IMG/VR virus record: IMGVR_UViG_3300044568_002523
Reading direction: 5' to 3' (one strand)
DNA from: a virus
Length of the DNA stretch: 64,000 bases
The notes under the pieces are model-generated. The model did not search any database, had not been told where the DNA came from, and was given only the letters and a program-made list of their open reading frames with translations. This document shows positions 37,095-46,963 of this stretch, piece by piece. Numbering within the stretch: the stretch's first letter is position 1; every line of letters starts with the position of its first letter. The translations under genes were made by a program, and so were the position numbers.

Positions 37095-37096
37095 AA

Positions 37097-37687
37097 TTAT
37101 AATATTTTATTTGATTTTTTAATATTATCTTCTGACCATAATGGTTGAAGGTTTGTGTAATGACAAAGTTTATAAACTTCATCATCGGATATTGCGGATG
37201 ATAATGGAATCTTATGGTCAATATGCCATTGACCATAATTATCCCAACTCATTTCATCGGTAAATTTTTTTTCTAAATATTCTTTTAATTCTTGTGGCGA
37301 ACACCCCACAATATTAAATGTTTTATTATAGTTTTGTATATTATTTGATTTGAAAAAATTTTTAAGACGACTTCTCATACTTTCAATAATTCTAAAAGTT
37401 GGGTCAACCAAACGTCTTTTTTTTCTATAATTTCTAATATATTCGTTTTTTTTTATCCTATTTTTTAATCTATATTCTTTATCGTATTCAGATTTTTTTT
37501 CTTTATTTTTTTCAGAGTATATTTTTTTTTTAATTAAATTTTCTTCTCTATTTAATTCATATCTCAATTTTGCACACGATTTACATTCGGATTGAAGACC
37601 ATTTTTCATTTTTGATGATTTCCTGAATTCACAAACATCTTTTTCAATTTTACATTTACTACAAGTTTTTTTTTCCATAATACTCAA
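37097..37687 (-). CDS. HNH endonuclease with N-terminal Cys-rich (CxxC) module
   Basis: CSKCKIEKDVCEF…CKSCAK followed by HIDHKIPLS…NLQPLWSEDNIKKSN (HNH H-x-D-H…N motif). Confidence 0.75.
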   Translation of the reverse strand: MSIMEKKTCSKCKIEKDVCEFRKSSKMKNGLQSECKSCAKLRYELNREENLIKKKIYSEKNKEKKSEYDKEYRLKNRIKKNEYIRNYRKKRRLVDPTFRIIESMRSRLKNFFKSNNIQNYNKTFNIVGCSPQELKEYLEKKFTDEMSWDNYGQWHIDHKIPLSSAISDDEVYKLCHYTNLQPLWSEDNIKKSNKIL

Positions 37688-37811
37688 TTAATAGTTTTTC
37701 AATCAATCTTGATTTATTAGTTAATTCATCCTCCATCCGTTTATTTATTTCCGGATTCAGGGTAATAGTTATTTTAACTTTTTTGTCTTCTTCTTTTAAT
37801 GTTGGTCTCAT
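37659..37811 (-). CDS. ribbon-helix-helix (CopG/Arc-like) small DNA-binding protein
   Basis: MRPTLKEEDKKVKITITLNPEINKRMEDELTNKSRLIEKLL, from the internal Met of the track ORF (the upstream part is AT-rich junk). It is the first gene of the minus-strand island. Confidence 0.45.
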   Translation of the reverse strand: MRPTLKEEDKKVKITITLNPEINKRMEDELTNKSRLIEKLLIEYYGKKNL

Positions 37812-37868
37812 ATATATAAATATATGGTAAATATGGAAAGTGTGGTATAAACTAAATATTTTTTTGAT

Positions 37869-37876
37869 ATATTTAT
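37869..37876 (+). promoter_or_regulatory. ATATTTAT class 2 element
   Basis: Lies 4 nt upstream of the ATG at 37881. Confidence 0.45.
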
Positions 37877-37880
37877 TAAT

Positions 37881-38414
37881 ATGAAAATAATCATTACAGA
37901 ATCTTTTTATAAGAACACCATATTCAAATTTTTTACTAAGTTTGGTGGTGAAATTGATAATCAATTTATAGATATGTTTAGATTGGATAGTAATAATTCA
38001 ATTTTAACTTATGACGAAGCTTACAAATATCTTATTGAGTGGAGAGGTATTGAAGAATCTAAAACCCTTGCAAATACCATATTACTTCAGAATCCCCATC
38101 ATATAGATGAGTATGGTGGATACGATTTCTTTTTTGAGGTGACTGATATTAAAAAGTGGGGTCTTAATGATGATGAACCATTTGTTACCGTTAAAGTTAA
38201 AGTTGATGATTTAGCGGGTAGTGTTGATATAGGTGGTGACCATAAAACATTAGAGGACGCTTTAGACAATGAAGATTACGGATGGGAAGTTGGTGACGAG
38301 GTTATTTGGGGTATCAACAATTATTTCAAGAAAAAAATAACATCAAAAACCGGGATTAAAGTAATATTCTTTAGACCTGAATATAGTAGTCGAACTTTTA
38401 ATTTTAAAACATAA
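37881..38414 (+). CDS. hypothetical protein with MKIIITE N-terminal motif
   Basis: 177-aa ORF. Confidence 0.5.
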   Translation: MKIIITESFYKNTIFKFFTKFGGEIDNQFIDMFRLDSNNSILTYDEAYKYLIEWRGIEESKTLANTILLQNPHHIDEYGGYDFFFEVTDIKKWGLNDDEPFVTVKVKVDDLAGSVDIGGDHKTLEDALDNEDYGWEVGDEVIWGINNYFKKKITSKTGIKVIFFRPEYSSRTFNFKT

Positions 38415-39445
38415 TGGATGAACTTTTACAAGAATATATAGACGAATTTAATAGTGGTGAATTTGAAAGTTTACTATCTATGTTTGGAAGTATGGAAAAT
38501 ATTTTAACATTTTTCAAAAAACGAAAAGTGTTACATTTAATTGACCCTTTTGACGATAATTTAAGTGATTATCAATTAGAGATACTGAATTACTTATTAA
38601 ACGTTTTAAACGATAGAGAAATATTAAAAGATTGTATTGCTCAATTAAATGATATAGAATCTAAAGATGATGGATATTATTTAGTAATTACAGATAAAGA
38701 AGATTTGGCTGAGTTGTTTGATAATAGTGGAAGAAATATAACTGCTAGAGATTATGTTAAAGCCATATTTGGTGAAGATAATTGGGACCATTACAGTAAT
38801 ACTACCGATGATGTATATAGAGATGTTATTGAAGAGTTGAACCCCGAGAACATAGAACGATTAAAACAACATATGTTAGATGTATTAACCAATTGGAAAA
38901 TTGAAGTTGATGATAGTTCACCTGATTTATTTAACAATTATTCCGAAGAAGGTATTTTTTATTTAACACCTGAGAATGTTGGTGATGTTATTGGTGATGA
39001 AGAATCGTTTATGTATTTACTTGATAATGATTATTTGCCTGATGTAACCGGTGACTTATATAGTATCCATTCCAATGCTTATAACAATGCGTATGAAACA
39101 GAAATATATAATGATGCTATGAGTGAATTGGAAACATTCTTTGATGTAAAATCGGGTAAATGGGTGTCAAAACCAACAAGTTATAATCCTGAGAAACTTA
39201 TTGAAACCTATACAATAAAATTTAATCCGGGGGAAGTTGTTAATTCAATTAAGAAATTTGTTGCGGACAGAAATAATTGGGGGTATTATGCAAATAACCT
39301 TGATTATGTTACTAATTGGTTAAATATGATGAATACTTTTATGGACAATGGTGATGAACCTTGGCTTGATTTTAGAATGCCGGATTACCCGAATAGTGGT
39401 TTAGTAGATAAATACATAAATGAAATATTCCCTGATTACATATAA
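38414..39445 (+). CDS. hypothetical acidic protein
   Basis: 343 aa with ATGA overlap. Confidence 0.55.
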   Translation: MDELLQEYIDEFNSGEFESLLSMFGSMENILTFFKKRKVLHLIDPFDDNLSDYQLEILNYLLNVLNDREILKDCIAQLNDIESKDDGYYLVITDKEDLAELFDNSGRNITARDYVKAIFGEDNWDHYSNTTDDVYRDVIEELNPENIERLKQHMLDVLTNWKIEVDDSSPDLFNNYSEEGIFYLTPENVGDVIGDEESFMYLLDNDYLPDVTGDLYSIHSNAYNNAYETEIYNDAMSELETFFDVKSGKWVSKPTSYNPEKLIETYTIKFNPGEVVNSIKKFVADRNNWGYYANNLDYVTNWLNMMNTFMDNGDEPWLDFRMPDYPNSGLVDKYINEIFPDYI

Positions 39446-39810
39446 TGGAAGATAAAAGAACAAATGCGGTAAAGAATAACATCCTTAGATTGTTGGATGA
39501 TGTTATGGTTAAAGAAGGTCAATATATGATGCCATATTCTAGTGGTGAGGATTACGCGGATTGGTCTGTTACTTATAAGATTGATAAAGTTAGTCTTTGG
39601 GAGACAGAAAAATCTCAAAGGTGTAAATATAGTGGAACCATATATCTTAATCCAATTGAAATTAAGGTAGGGTTTGAAGGTGATTGGGAATATATGAAAC
39701 ATATTACAGATTTACCAAGTTGGATTGAAGATGAAATTTCAGATTCAATTCTCGATGAGGTTGAACGTTACTTCTCAAATGTTTGTCTTGATGTTGATTA
39801 CTCGTATTAA
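39445..39810 (+). CDS. hypothetical protein
   Basis: 121-aa ORF. Confidence 0.5.
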   Translation: MEDKRTNAVKNNILRLLDDVMVKEGQYMMPYSSGEDYADWSVTYKIDKVSLWETEKSQRCKYSGTIYLNPIEIKVGFEGDWEYMKHITDLPSWIEDEISDSILDEVERYFSNVCLDVDYSY

Positions 39811-40466
39811 GTTAAACCATTTCCGAATTGGTCAAAGTATCCAATAACTGCGTTTGAATACATATATGTGCTATCATACATATTTTTATTGTCAATTATT
39901 TCTGTTATAATGTGCCAAACAGCGTCTAACTCCTGTTCTTGAGACGATTCATTATAAATAAAATTCTTAATAAATTCATCAAGAGTGTCGTCATCAACCT
40001 CTTCATCATTAATTTTTGGATTGGTTAGTTCCAAAGATAAATAAAAATTAAACATTTCAGAGTCTTCATAACCAATGTCCCAATTCAAGACATAACATTC
40101 CGAATTAAGTTTTTCTTCATCATGTAATTCAATTGATGTAAAATCACTACACTTGTCGTTAATTTTCTGTCTTAATTCTTGGTTTATGTAAAAGTATCTT
40201 ACATTACCTACTCTACAAAATTTTTCATAAATGTTTGAGCCCCACATTGGGTTGTCTTTGGTTCCAGTCATTACCATAAAATTATGAAACATTTCCTCAA
40301 GGTGTCCATCAACAACAAAATTACTATAGGATAAATCATTAGGGTTTTCAATTTCCCATTCAATATAGTCATCCGATTTAAGTTGGGCGTGTAATATTAA
40401 TCCATTAACATTAACCGGTGGGTTAAGGTCTTTAAGAAATAGTCGTAATAATTTATTTTTGTTCAT
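39807..40466 (-). CDS. hypothetical protein
   Basis: 219-aa minus-strand ORF. Confidence 0.55.
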   Translation of the reverse strand: MNKNKLLRLFLKDLNPPVNVNGLILHAQLKSDDYIEWEIENPNDLSYSNFVVDGHLEEMFHNFMVMTGTKDNPMWGSNIYEKFCRVGNVRYFYINQELRQKINDKCSDFTSIELHDEEKLNSECYVLNWDIGYEDSEMFNFYLSLELTNPKINDEEVDDDTLDEFIKNFIYNESSQEQELDAVWHIITEIIDNKNMYDSTYMYSNAVIGYFDQFGNGLT

Positions 40467-40508
40467 AACAATAAATATGTATATTTATATAAATAGTGAA
40501 TAAATAAT

Positions 40509-41048
40509 ATGACAAAGTTAGAAATCGCATTACAAAAGTTAATAGATAAAGAAGGATTTGATGAAGCTAAGTCAATGTTGGGTTTAACAACAATGGAATT
40601 AATTGAGAAAAGTGATTGTCAAATAGATTTTGAAATGGCAAATAATATTCTTAGTTATTTATTTAGGGAAAAATTATTCCCTATGAAGTATAAAAATTGT
40701 CAATTAAGTTATGATGGTTTTAGTGGTGTGGTTAATTGGGAGTGTGATTGGAGTGGTGATTATTATAATGATTATAATGATGAAACAACATCTAGTATGG
40801 CAACACCATTTTGGGATGGTTATGGTAATATTCCCGTTGACACCGAATTATACCAAGCGGTAGATTCAGAGAGTAACCCAATTTTATTAGGTGATTTGGA
40901 TAATAATCAATCTTACACTTCTATTGAGTGGAATAAAAAATTTGATAATCTTGCCTCATACAGTATGTGGATAAGAAGATTTTACTTACCTAACGTTTAT
41001 GAGGTAATCTCACAACATTTAAATAATTATCGTAATCACGAGGATTAA
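40509..41048 (+). CDS. hypothetical protein
   Basis: 179-aa ORF. Confidence 0.5.
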   Translation: MTKLEIALQKLIDKEGFDEAKSMLGLTTMELIEKSDCQIDFEMANNILSYLFREKLFPMKYKNCQLSYDGFSGVVNWECDWSGDYYNDYNDETTSSMATPFWDGYGNIPVDTELYQAVDSESNPILLGDLDNNQSYTSIEWNKKFDNLASYSMWIRRFYLPNVYEVISQHLNNYRNHED

Positions 41049-41863
41049 GGATAGACTCTATCTGATTGTTTTCTTAAATTTAAATCTTTGGTGTCTTTAG
41101 TGACATATAACAACATATCACCATTATCATATCCTGTATACTCTTCAGTAATTTCCTCAGACATTCCCAAGTATATTGTTTGAGAATTATTATGGAAGTT
41201 TCTTGCGTCTTCGGAATCTAATTGTTGGTCGGGGTTTTTATCAAAGAAATATCCTTTCCAACGACCACTCCAAGATATGTAATCTAAATATTGAACCTCA
41301 ACTTGTTCATCACTATATATCTTTCCTGTTGCATCACAATTTGAACAATTTACGTCTCCATCACCACCACAATAATTACAAGATTCTTCTCCACTACCAT
41401 TACATCTTCCACAAGTCATTCTTCCGGAACCTTCACACATATCACATTCTTCACCAGAATCTTCATCCATACCTGAACCACCACAATAATCACAATCCTC
41501 CTCACCATTACCATCACAACGACGACATTCTGTTTCACCGGTTCCATCACAATAATCACAAGGTTCTTGTCCGTTATGACAATCAGGACAATCTACTTCA
41601 GGTTCAGTGTTATAAATTTCAATTAACTCAACGGCATACATATTTGTTTCAATTCTATCATAAGTTTCATCAATATCTTGACCTTTCAAATAGACAGGAA
41701 CTAAAAAACAAAAGAAGACAATATCTTCGGCAGATAATTTACTAACCAATTGTTTAATGTATACATCATTCCATAATGAGTTATATATGGCGGTTGGGTT
41801 TTTATAATCGTCGAAGTAGTTACCAATTTTTTTAACTAATGCAAGTAATTTGTGTTTTTCCAT
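41045..41863 (-). CDS. DnaJ-type zinc-finger repeat protein (9x CxxC(x)GxG) without J domain
   Basis: CPDC, CDYCDGTG, CRRCDGNG, CDYCGGSG, CDMCEGSG, CGRCNGSG, CNYCGGDG, CSNCDATG. The out-of-frame ORF at 41176-41745 is spurious. Confidence 0.6.
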   Translation of the reverse strand: MEKHKLLALVKKIGNYFDDYKNPTAIYNSLWNDVYIKQLVSKLSAEDIVFFCFLVPVYLKGQDIDETYDRIETNMYAVELIEIYNTEPEVDCPDCHNGQEPCDYCDGTGETECRRCDGNGEEDCDYCGGSGMDEDSGEECDMCEGSGRMTCGRCNGSGEESCNYCGGDGDVNCSNCDATGKIYSDEQVEVQYLDYISWSGRWKGYFFDKNPDQQLDSEDARNFHNNSQTIYLGMSEEITEEYTGYDNGDMLLYVTKDTKDLNLRKQSDRVYP

Positions 41864-41882
41864 AATATTTTAGATTACAAAT

Positions 41883-41890
41883 ATATTTAT
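41883..41890 (+). promoter_or_regulatory. ATATTTAT class 2 element
   Basis: Lies 4 nt upstream of the ATG at 41895. Confidence 0.45.
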
Positions 41891-41894
41891 AAAT

Positions 41895-42419
41895 ATGAGA
41901 ATTATAGTTAAAGAAGTCCAAAATTTAAAATTAATTGAACAGGAAGAGGAAGTTGACACAACTCCAAACTTTAATAAACTAATTTATCTTCCTGCGGAGA
42001 AAGTAATGATTGGGGCTTATATGATTGTTGGTGATACCGGTAAGATGATTGATGTGTTAAACATTCACGAACAATTGGATAATGTTGGTTTGTTTATGGA
42101 TGGTGCGGAATCATATAACATCTATATTTATTTTTCAAAATTACCAAAATCACAAATAGAAATATTAGGTCCGGTTGAAGGTAAAGAAGGTTTTGTGTAT
42201 ATTAAAATACCTTATTGGTTATATAAGAAAATGTCTACAGAATTATCTATCAGACGATATCCAAAGTTAAAAAGATTATCAATTGCTAGAAGTCAGGTAA
42301 ATGATTACTTTCTTAAGTTAATTAACAATCCGGATGTTGAAAGATATTTTAATATAATTGATACGGATGATGTTAGTCAACAAAGATTCAAAAGGTATCA
42401 AAGACATTACAAACCTTAA
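41895..42419 (+). CDS. hypothetical protein with MRIIVKE N-terminal motif
   Basis: 174-aa ORF. Confidence 0.5.
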   Translation: MRIIVKEVQNLKLIEQEEEVDTTPNFNKLIYLPAEKVMIGAYMIVGDTGKMIDVLNIHEQLDNVGLFMDGAESYNIYIYFSKLPKSQIEILGPVEGKEGFVYIKIPYWLYKKMSTELSIRRYPKLKRLSIARSQVNDYFLKLINNPDVERYFNIIDTDDVSQQRFKRYQRHYKP

Positions 42420-42907
42420 AGGATTTTAAAGTTGTCATCAATTGAGTCGTCATTAGTTTCTGAGTCATAAGTGTCCGTATCAATCAAGTTACCATCCCAA
42501 TAAGAATAATCACCTTCGGAACCCATTCCGTAAATATAGTTATATATATCACCTTTGTCTGTTCCATAAGTTTCAACTTGATGTCTATAAGTTAGTTTAA
42601 CCCACTGAGTTTCCCACGCATACCAATCAAATTCTACTTTTTTAAATGTTGGTCTATCAAGATTTCCGGTTAATCTATCTTCTTCAAACAAATCTTCATT
42701 CAATTTCCAAACATTATAAATGTAATCACAATCAATTGCACTATCACCACCTTTAACTCCAATAGTTGATTCTGCTTCTTCAACACCATCTCTTAACATA
42801 TAATTTTGAGATGAGTCCAACGTATTAAAATCAACTTCTTCCATTACAATTTTAATAAACCTGAATAAGGTTTTGTTGGGGATAGATTCGAATATACTTG
42901 CACTCAT
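42416..42907 (-). CDS. hypothetical acidic protein
   Basis: 163-aa ORF. Confidence 0.5.
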   Translation of the reverse strand: MSASIFESIPNKTLFRFIKIVMEEVDFNTLDSSQNYMLRDGVEEAESTIGVKGGDSAIDCDYIYNVWKLNEDLFEEDRLTGNLDRPTFKKVEFDWYAWETQWVKLTYRHQVETYGTDKGDIYNYIYGMGSEGDYSYWDGNLIDTDTYDSETNDDSIDDNFKIL

Positions 42908-42955
42908 AAAACTTTTTTATTATAAATATGACAGATTAAAAAAAAATGTCTATAT

Positions 42956-43804
42956 TTGCCTCATATGGCAAGAAAAAATTCACATAACAATTTAGAATTA
43001 GTTCCACGAGGTTATAGGATTAACCCCGATTGGAACCGAAACTTCCGTGAAGACCAAGATAAGGTAACAAAGGTTATTGACCAAATTTTAGATATGTCCG
43101 TAAGAGAATATATTGGTCGAGAACATACTATGTTACAGGATGTTTATTTCACGAAGTATTGGAGTTGGGGTGGATATTGTTTGGTTTATAAGATGAAAGA
43201 AGATTATGATAACCTTGAAGTTTTATTTGGGGCGGTTTTAGAATCTACTGATGATGTATTAAGGTGGTATGATATTACAGAATTTGGTAATTTCAATGTA
43301 TACATCATAACACCTTATAGAACTTTTAGATTAACTTATTTGGATTTGTTGTATGAATATGTTACTATGAATCATAATAGGATTTCTTTAATTCCAATTA
43401 ATAATCACCCAAGGATTCAACAAATGAAAGAGTGGGTTACAAGATATCAAGAATATGATAGGTATACAAGAAAAACTTTTTTGAGTAACCACCCATATTC
43501 TAACATTGATAGAAATGGTCAACGGGGTGAGTTACTTCGATTAAGAAATGATGATAGACAAATATTGACTCAAAAATATAGAGGTTTAGGAATACTATCG
43601 GGAGAATATAACAATAATATGAGTGTGGAATCACTTCAACAACAAATAATAGAAAGACAAAGAGAATTGATACAAGGTCAAATGTCGTTACGATGGTCGG
43701 ATTATGAAACTAATAACCCGTGTGCGGAAATTGAATTACCAAATGTGACGGTAAAACAAAGAGTAAGTAAATTAAATAAATTATTAAATAAATTAAAATT
43801 ATGA
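42956..43804 (+). CDS. hypothetical protein
   Basis: 282-aa ORF. Confidence 0.55.
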   Translation: MPHMARKNSHNNLELVPRGYRINPDWNRNFREDQDKVTKVIDQILDMSVREYIGREHTMLQDVYFTKYWSWGGYCLVYKMKEDYDNLEVLFGAVLESTDDVLRWYDITEFGNFNVYIITPYRTFRLTYLDLLYEYVTMNHNRISLIPINNHPRIQQMKEWVTRYQEYDRYTRKTFLSNHPYSNIDRNGQRGELLRLRNDDRQILTQKYRGLGILSGEYNNNMSVESLQQQIIERQRELIQGQMSLRWSDYETNNPCAEIELPNVTVKQRVSKLNKLLNKLKL

Positions 43805-44031
43805 ATATGCAAACATTAACGTTCAATAGTACAGAAAAAACAGTTGTGCTTCAAGAAGGGGCCAGAGGGTCAAGAGATTTCGGAGGAATTTTGGAAACAT
43901 TTAATAATGTTCCAACAGTAAAAGTGGAAAACGGGTATTACGAGGTAATGCAAAAATCAGGGGAAAACGGAGGAGTGGTTCCGGTATTAAGAGTACCAAT
44001 GGCGAATACGAATATGTTAATTCAGAGATAA
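43801..44031 (+). CDS. hypothetical protein
   Basis: 76 aa with ATGA overlap. Confidence 0.4.
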   Translation: MNMQTLTFNSTEKTVVLQEGARGSRDFGGILETFNNVPTVKVENGYYEVMQKSGENGGVVPVLRVPMANTNMLIQR

Positions 44032-44032
44032 T

Positions 44033-44548
44033 ATGAATTATGTAGATTGGTGTATAGAACAACACCGCAAAACGAATCATCAATACGACAGATATCTGCC
44101 GTATGAATTTCACCTACGAATGGTGAACAATGTGTATGAGGATTTTCAACACCTATTAGATGAGGAGTTAAATGATTATTGTGGTAAAGCTGTTTGGGCT
44201 CACGATACAATAGAAGACACACGAGTATCTTACAATGATGTAAAAAATTATTTAGGTGAAGAAGTTGCGGATATCGTTTACGCAGTTACCAACGATAAAG
44301 GTAAGAATCGTAAAGAAAGAGCCGGAGACAAATACTACGAAGGTATTAGAAATACTCCGGGAGCAGTGTTTGTGAAACTATGTGATAGAATTGCGAACGT
44401 TCAGTACGGTAAGATGACTAAATCTCGTATGTTTGAGATGTATAAAAAAGAGAATGATGATTTCATCGTTCAGTTAGGTTGGGATGATACAAATACACAT
44501 CCTTACTTTGAAATGTTTGTTTATTTGAATAATTTATTTAGAGATTAA
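44033..44548 (+). CDS. HD-domain phosphohydrolase
   Basis: The H…HD…D pattern (AVWAHDTIEDT…DIVYAVTNDKG) is typical of the YfbR/HD_3-like nucleotide phosphohydrolases. Confidence 0.65.
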   Translation: MNYVDWCIEQHRKTNHQYDRYLPYEFHLRMVNNVYEDFQHLLDEELNDYCGKAVWAHDTIEDTRVSYNDVKNYLGEEVADIVYAVTNDKGKNRKERAGDKYYEGIRNTPGAVFVKLCDRIANVQYGKMTKSRMFEMYKKENDDFIVQLGWDDTNTHPYFEMFVYLNNLFRD

Positions 44549-44552
44549 AAGT

Positions 44553-44792
44553 ATGAAAAGTTTATTGAAGTTTTTAGGAGTATTAGTTGTGTTGTTTGTT
44601 TGGATTGAGTTGGTTGATTTTTCATTCTACTTGATGAACTTATCTGACACGTTATGGTTTTATGTTGGATTTTTTATGATAGCGTTAATAACTATCGGCC
44701 CAATATTTTATTTTGGTGATAACATTGCTATGTTCTTGAAGAATATGAAAGGTGTTTTCACGTATAAAGACGAAGAAGAAAAAAAAGATTAA
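44553..44792 (+). CDS. small two-TM membrane protein
   Basis: 79-aa ORF. Confidence 0.4.
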   Translation: MKSLLKFLGVLVVLFVWIELVDFSFYLMNLSDTLWFYVGFFMIALITIGPIFYFGDNIAMFLKNMKGVFTYKDEEEKKD

Positions 44793-44798
44793 AAAAAA

Positions 44799-44829
44799 TT
44801 TGGTGGTACGGAATAAAATAATATCTTTG
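44799..44829 (+). promoter_or_regulatory. Bacteroidetes-type promoter (TTTG-N19-TATCTTTG)
   Basis: TTTG at 44799-44802 and TATCTTTG at 44822-44829. The ATG at 44868 follows. Confidence 0.6.
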
Positions 44830-44867
44830 TACCCAATTAAAAAAGTAATAATTTAAAAAACAAAAAA

Positions 44868-45704
44868 ATGAGTAGAGGTAAATTTATTTTAGTAGTGGTA
44901 GTGTTAATTTTCGCAAGTTTATTCTTGATGAACTCTTGTGAACAAATCGATGCGGGTCACGTAGGTGTCAAAGTTGATATGTATGGAAGTGGTAAAGGGG
45001 TGAATGATGTCACCGAGTGTACGGGTGTGGTATTTTATAATCCAATCACAACAAAAATTTATGAGTTCCCAACATTCATTCAACACAAAGAATACAAAGA
45101 GGAAAATTCATTTGTAGTAAACAGTAAGGATGGTTCGGAATTTAGAGTCTCTCCAATTATGAACTATTCAGTTCAAAGGGAAAAAGTTCCGGGAATATTT
45201 GCTAAATACAGAAGAAGTTTAGATGAAATTGAGGAAGGATTCTTAAAGACCGCTGTGTATGACGCATTCCGTTTGGCAACTAATAAGTATACCGCCGATG
45301 GATTAATTGGAAATAGAGAAGTTTTTGAGGTTGAAGTTAGACGATTGTTAGAATCTCAATTACTTAAGGAAGGATTTGTAATCAATCAGTTCACATCTAA
45401 TTTAGTATATCCGGATTCATTCAAGAAAGCGATTAATGCTAAGAACAACGCGGTACAAAAAAGTTTGATGGCTGAAAACCAAGTTAAACAAGCTGAGGCC
45501 GAGGCAAAAATTAAAATCGCTAAAGCTAATGGTGAGGCAGAATCTATATTAACACTTGCAAAAGCTGAGGCGGAATCTAATAGATTAAGACAGCAAACAT
45601 TAACACCTATGTTATTACAACAACAATGGATTGAGAAATGGAGAGGTAATGTTCCAACAACACAGTTAGGTGGTAACACTCAAGTGTTGTACGGTTTAAA
45701 ATAA
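44868..45704 (+). CDS. SPFH/band-7 (prohibitin/stomatin-like) membrane protein
   Basis: N-terminal TM, PHB-domain-like region and a C-terminal AEAEAKIKIAKANGEAESILTLAKAEAES coiled coil. Confidence 0.75.
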   Translation: MSRGKFILVVVVLIFASLFLMNSCEQIDAGHVGVKVDMYGSGKGVNDVTECTGVVFYNPITTKIYEFPTFIQHKEYKEENSFVVNSKDGSEFRVSPIMNYSVQREKVPGIFAKYRRSLDEIEEGFLKTAVYDAFRLATNKYTADGLIGNREVFEVEVRRLLESQLLKEGFVINQFTSNLVYPDSFKKAINAKNNAVQKSLMAENQVKQAEAEAKIKIAKANGEAESILTLAKAEAESNRLRQQTLTPMLLQQQWIEKWRGNVPTTQLGGNTQVLYGLK

Positions 45705-45713
45705 GATAAAGTT

Positions 45714-46067
45714 ATGATAGTATTAGTAATATTTTTGATTGTTGGTTTTGTATCTTTTGCGGTGTATGAGGGGACAAATCTATCTGTAACAGGATTTCCC
45801 CCAAAAGATGAGGATGTTTTAGAGTTCCTTGAGAAAGTTAGAAAGAGTAATCCATATCTATTGGATGGTGTTAAACCAAATAGTATATTGGGTTCAAGTG
45901 GTAACCCATACATTTCTTCAAATTTAAGTACTTGTTTAATGGGGTATTATATTTCAGATGTTGGTGCAATACCAAGATGGTATAAGTCGTATGGTGAGAT
46001 TCAAAAACTATATGTTGAGTTGGGAGCAAAGAGTGGTAAAACAAAAAGAGAAAAATTAGGATTATGA
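45714..46067 (+). CDS. membrane protein (N-terminal TM), possible partner of the SPFH protein
   Basis: 117-aa ORF. Confidence 0.45.
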   Translation: MIVLVIFLIVGFVSFAVYEGTNLSVTGFPPKDEDVLEFLEKVRKSNPYLLDGVKPNSILGSSGNPYISSNLSTCLMGYYISDVGAIPRWYKSYGEIQKLYVELGAKSGKTKREKLGL

Positions 46068-46621
46068 AATTAAATAAAAATTCGGTTAGTGCAAAACTAT
46101 ATAAATGGTTTTATGGTGTTAGTGAATGGCAAGGATTACCAAACAACTTATGTCCATATTTTTGGAAAGTTGTGTTGATGTATTTAACCTTCATTCCATA
46201 CGTGTTGTTTTCAATCCCGGTGGTTGTTTATGATTTGTTTGATAAAAATTATAGAAATGGAGATAGAAAGACCGGTGAAAGATTAGGTATTGCTACCGGT
46301 GTTTATATTGGAATATTGTTGGTTATTTCTTTAATCACTGCGATTGTTGGTTTATTCACGCCTATTGAAACAAAAAGTTTTTGGGAGTTTTGTCAGATAT
46401 TAGGTTGTATGTTGTGGGTGGGGGCAATTATTTTAGGTATTATTCAGGGTGTTAAATATTTGAGAGAATATACTACAACTGATAAATATACTTGGGATGA
46501 AACCCAAAAAGATTATACTATTAAGAAAACCAAAGTTAATATGACCGCTGAGTTTATCAAAGCAAAATACAACAAGTATTGTCCAAAGATTGATTGGGAT
46601 GGTAATGACACAAAAGGTTAA
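46064..46621 (+). CDS. multi-pass membrane protein
   Basis: 185 aa with about four TM segments. Confidence 0.5.
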   Translation: MKLNKNSVSAKLYKWFYGVSEWQGLPNNLCPYFWKVVLMYLTFIPYVLFSIPVVVYDLFDKNYRNGDRKTGERLGIATGVYIGILLVISLITAIVGLFTPIETKSFWEFCQILGCMLWVGAIILGIIQGVKYLREYTTTDKYTWDETQKDYTIKKTKVNMTAEFIKAKYNKYCPKIDWDGNDTKG

Positions 46622-46628
46622 TCATTTT

Positions 46629-46910
46629 ATGACACTGTTGAAACATCAACAACCCGAATGTTATGATAGGATTAGTGTTAGTGTTTTATCAAAAAGTAAC
46701 TATCAACAATATCTAGGTATGGATGGTAGGATGAGAGCGGAACTTAATTACAACTCACCGGCACAATATGATATTGAAATATCGTTTCCAAATGTAGATT
46801 CATTATATTATGATATGAGTTTTTATATTGATTATGTATGGGGAGGAAAAATTGATGTAGTGGCAACATTTGATTATTCAGGGACCAACTATTTTAAATT
46901 TACGGTATAA
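46629..46910 (+). CDS. hypothetical protein (start refined)
   Basis: The first ATG after the previous stop. Confidence 0.4.
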   Translation: MTLLKHQQPECYDRISVSVLSKSNYQQYLGMDGRMRAELNYNSPAQYDIEISFPNVDSLYYDMSFYIDYVWGGKIDVVATFDYSGTNYFKFTV

Positions 46911-46914
46911 AACA

Positions 46915-46941
46915 AAAACCTTCAATATGAAGGTTTTTTTG
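46915..46941 (+). terminator. rho-independent terminator
   Basis: Perfect stem AAACCTTCA-ATAT-TGAAGGTTT followed by T7. Confidence 0.8.
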
Positions 46942-46948
46942 TTTTATT

Positions 46949-46957
46949 GATATTTAT
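46949..46957 (+). promoter_or_regulatory. GATATTTAT class 2 element
   Basis: Lies 6 nt upstream of the ATG at 46964. Confidence 0.45.
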
Positions 46958-46963
46958 ATAGGT

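Noticed and set aside
41176-41745. 189-aa His/Asn-rich ORF on the plus strand
   Set aside because: It is antisense to the CxxCxGxG-repeat gene (41045-41863), whose periodic cysteine pattern is a strong coding signature. Its composition is an AT-rich frame artefact.
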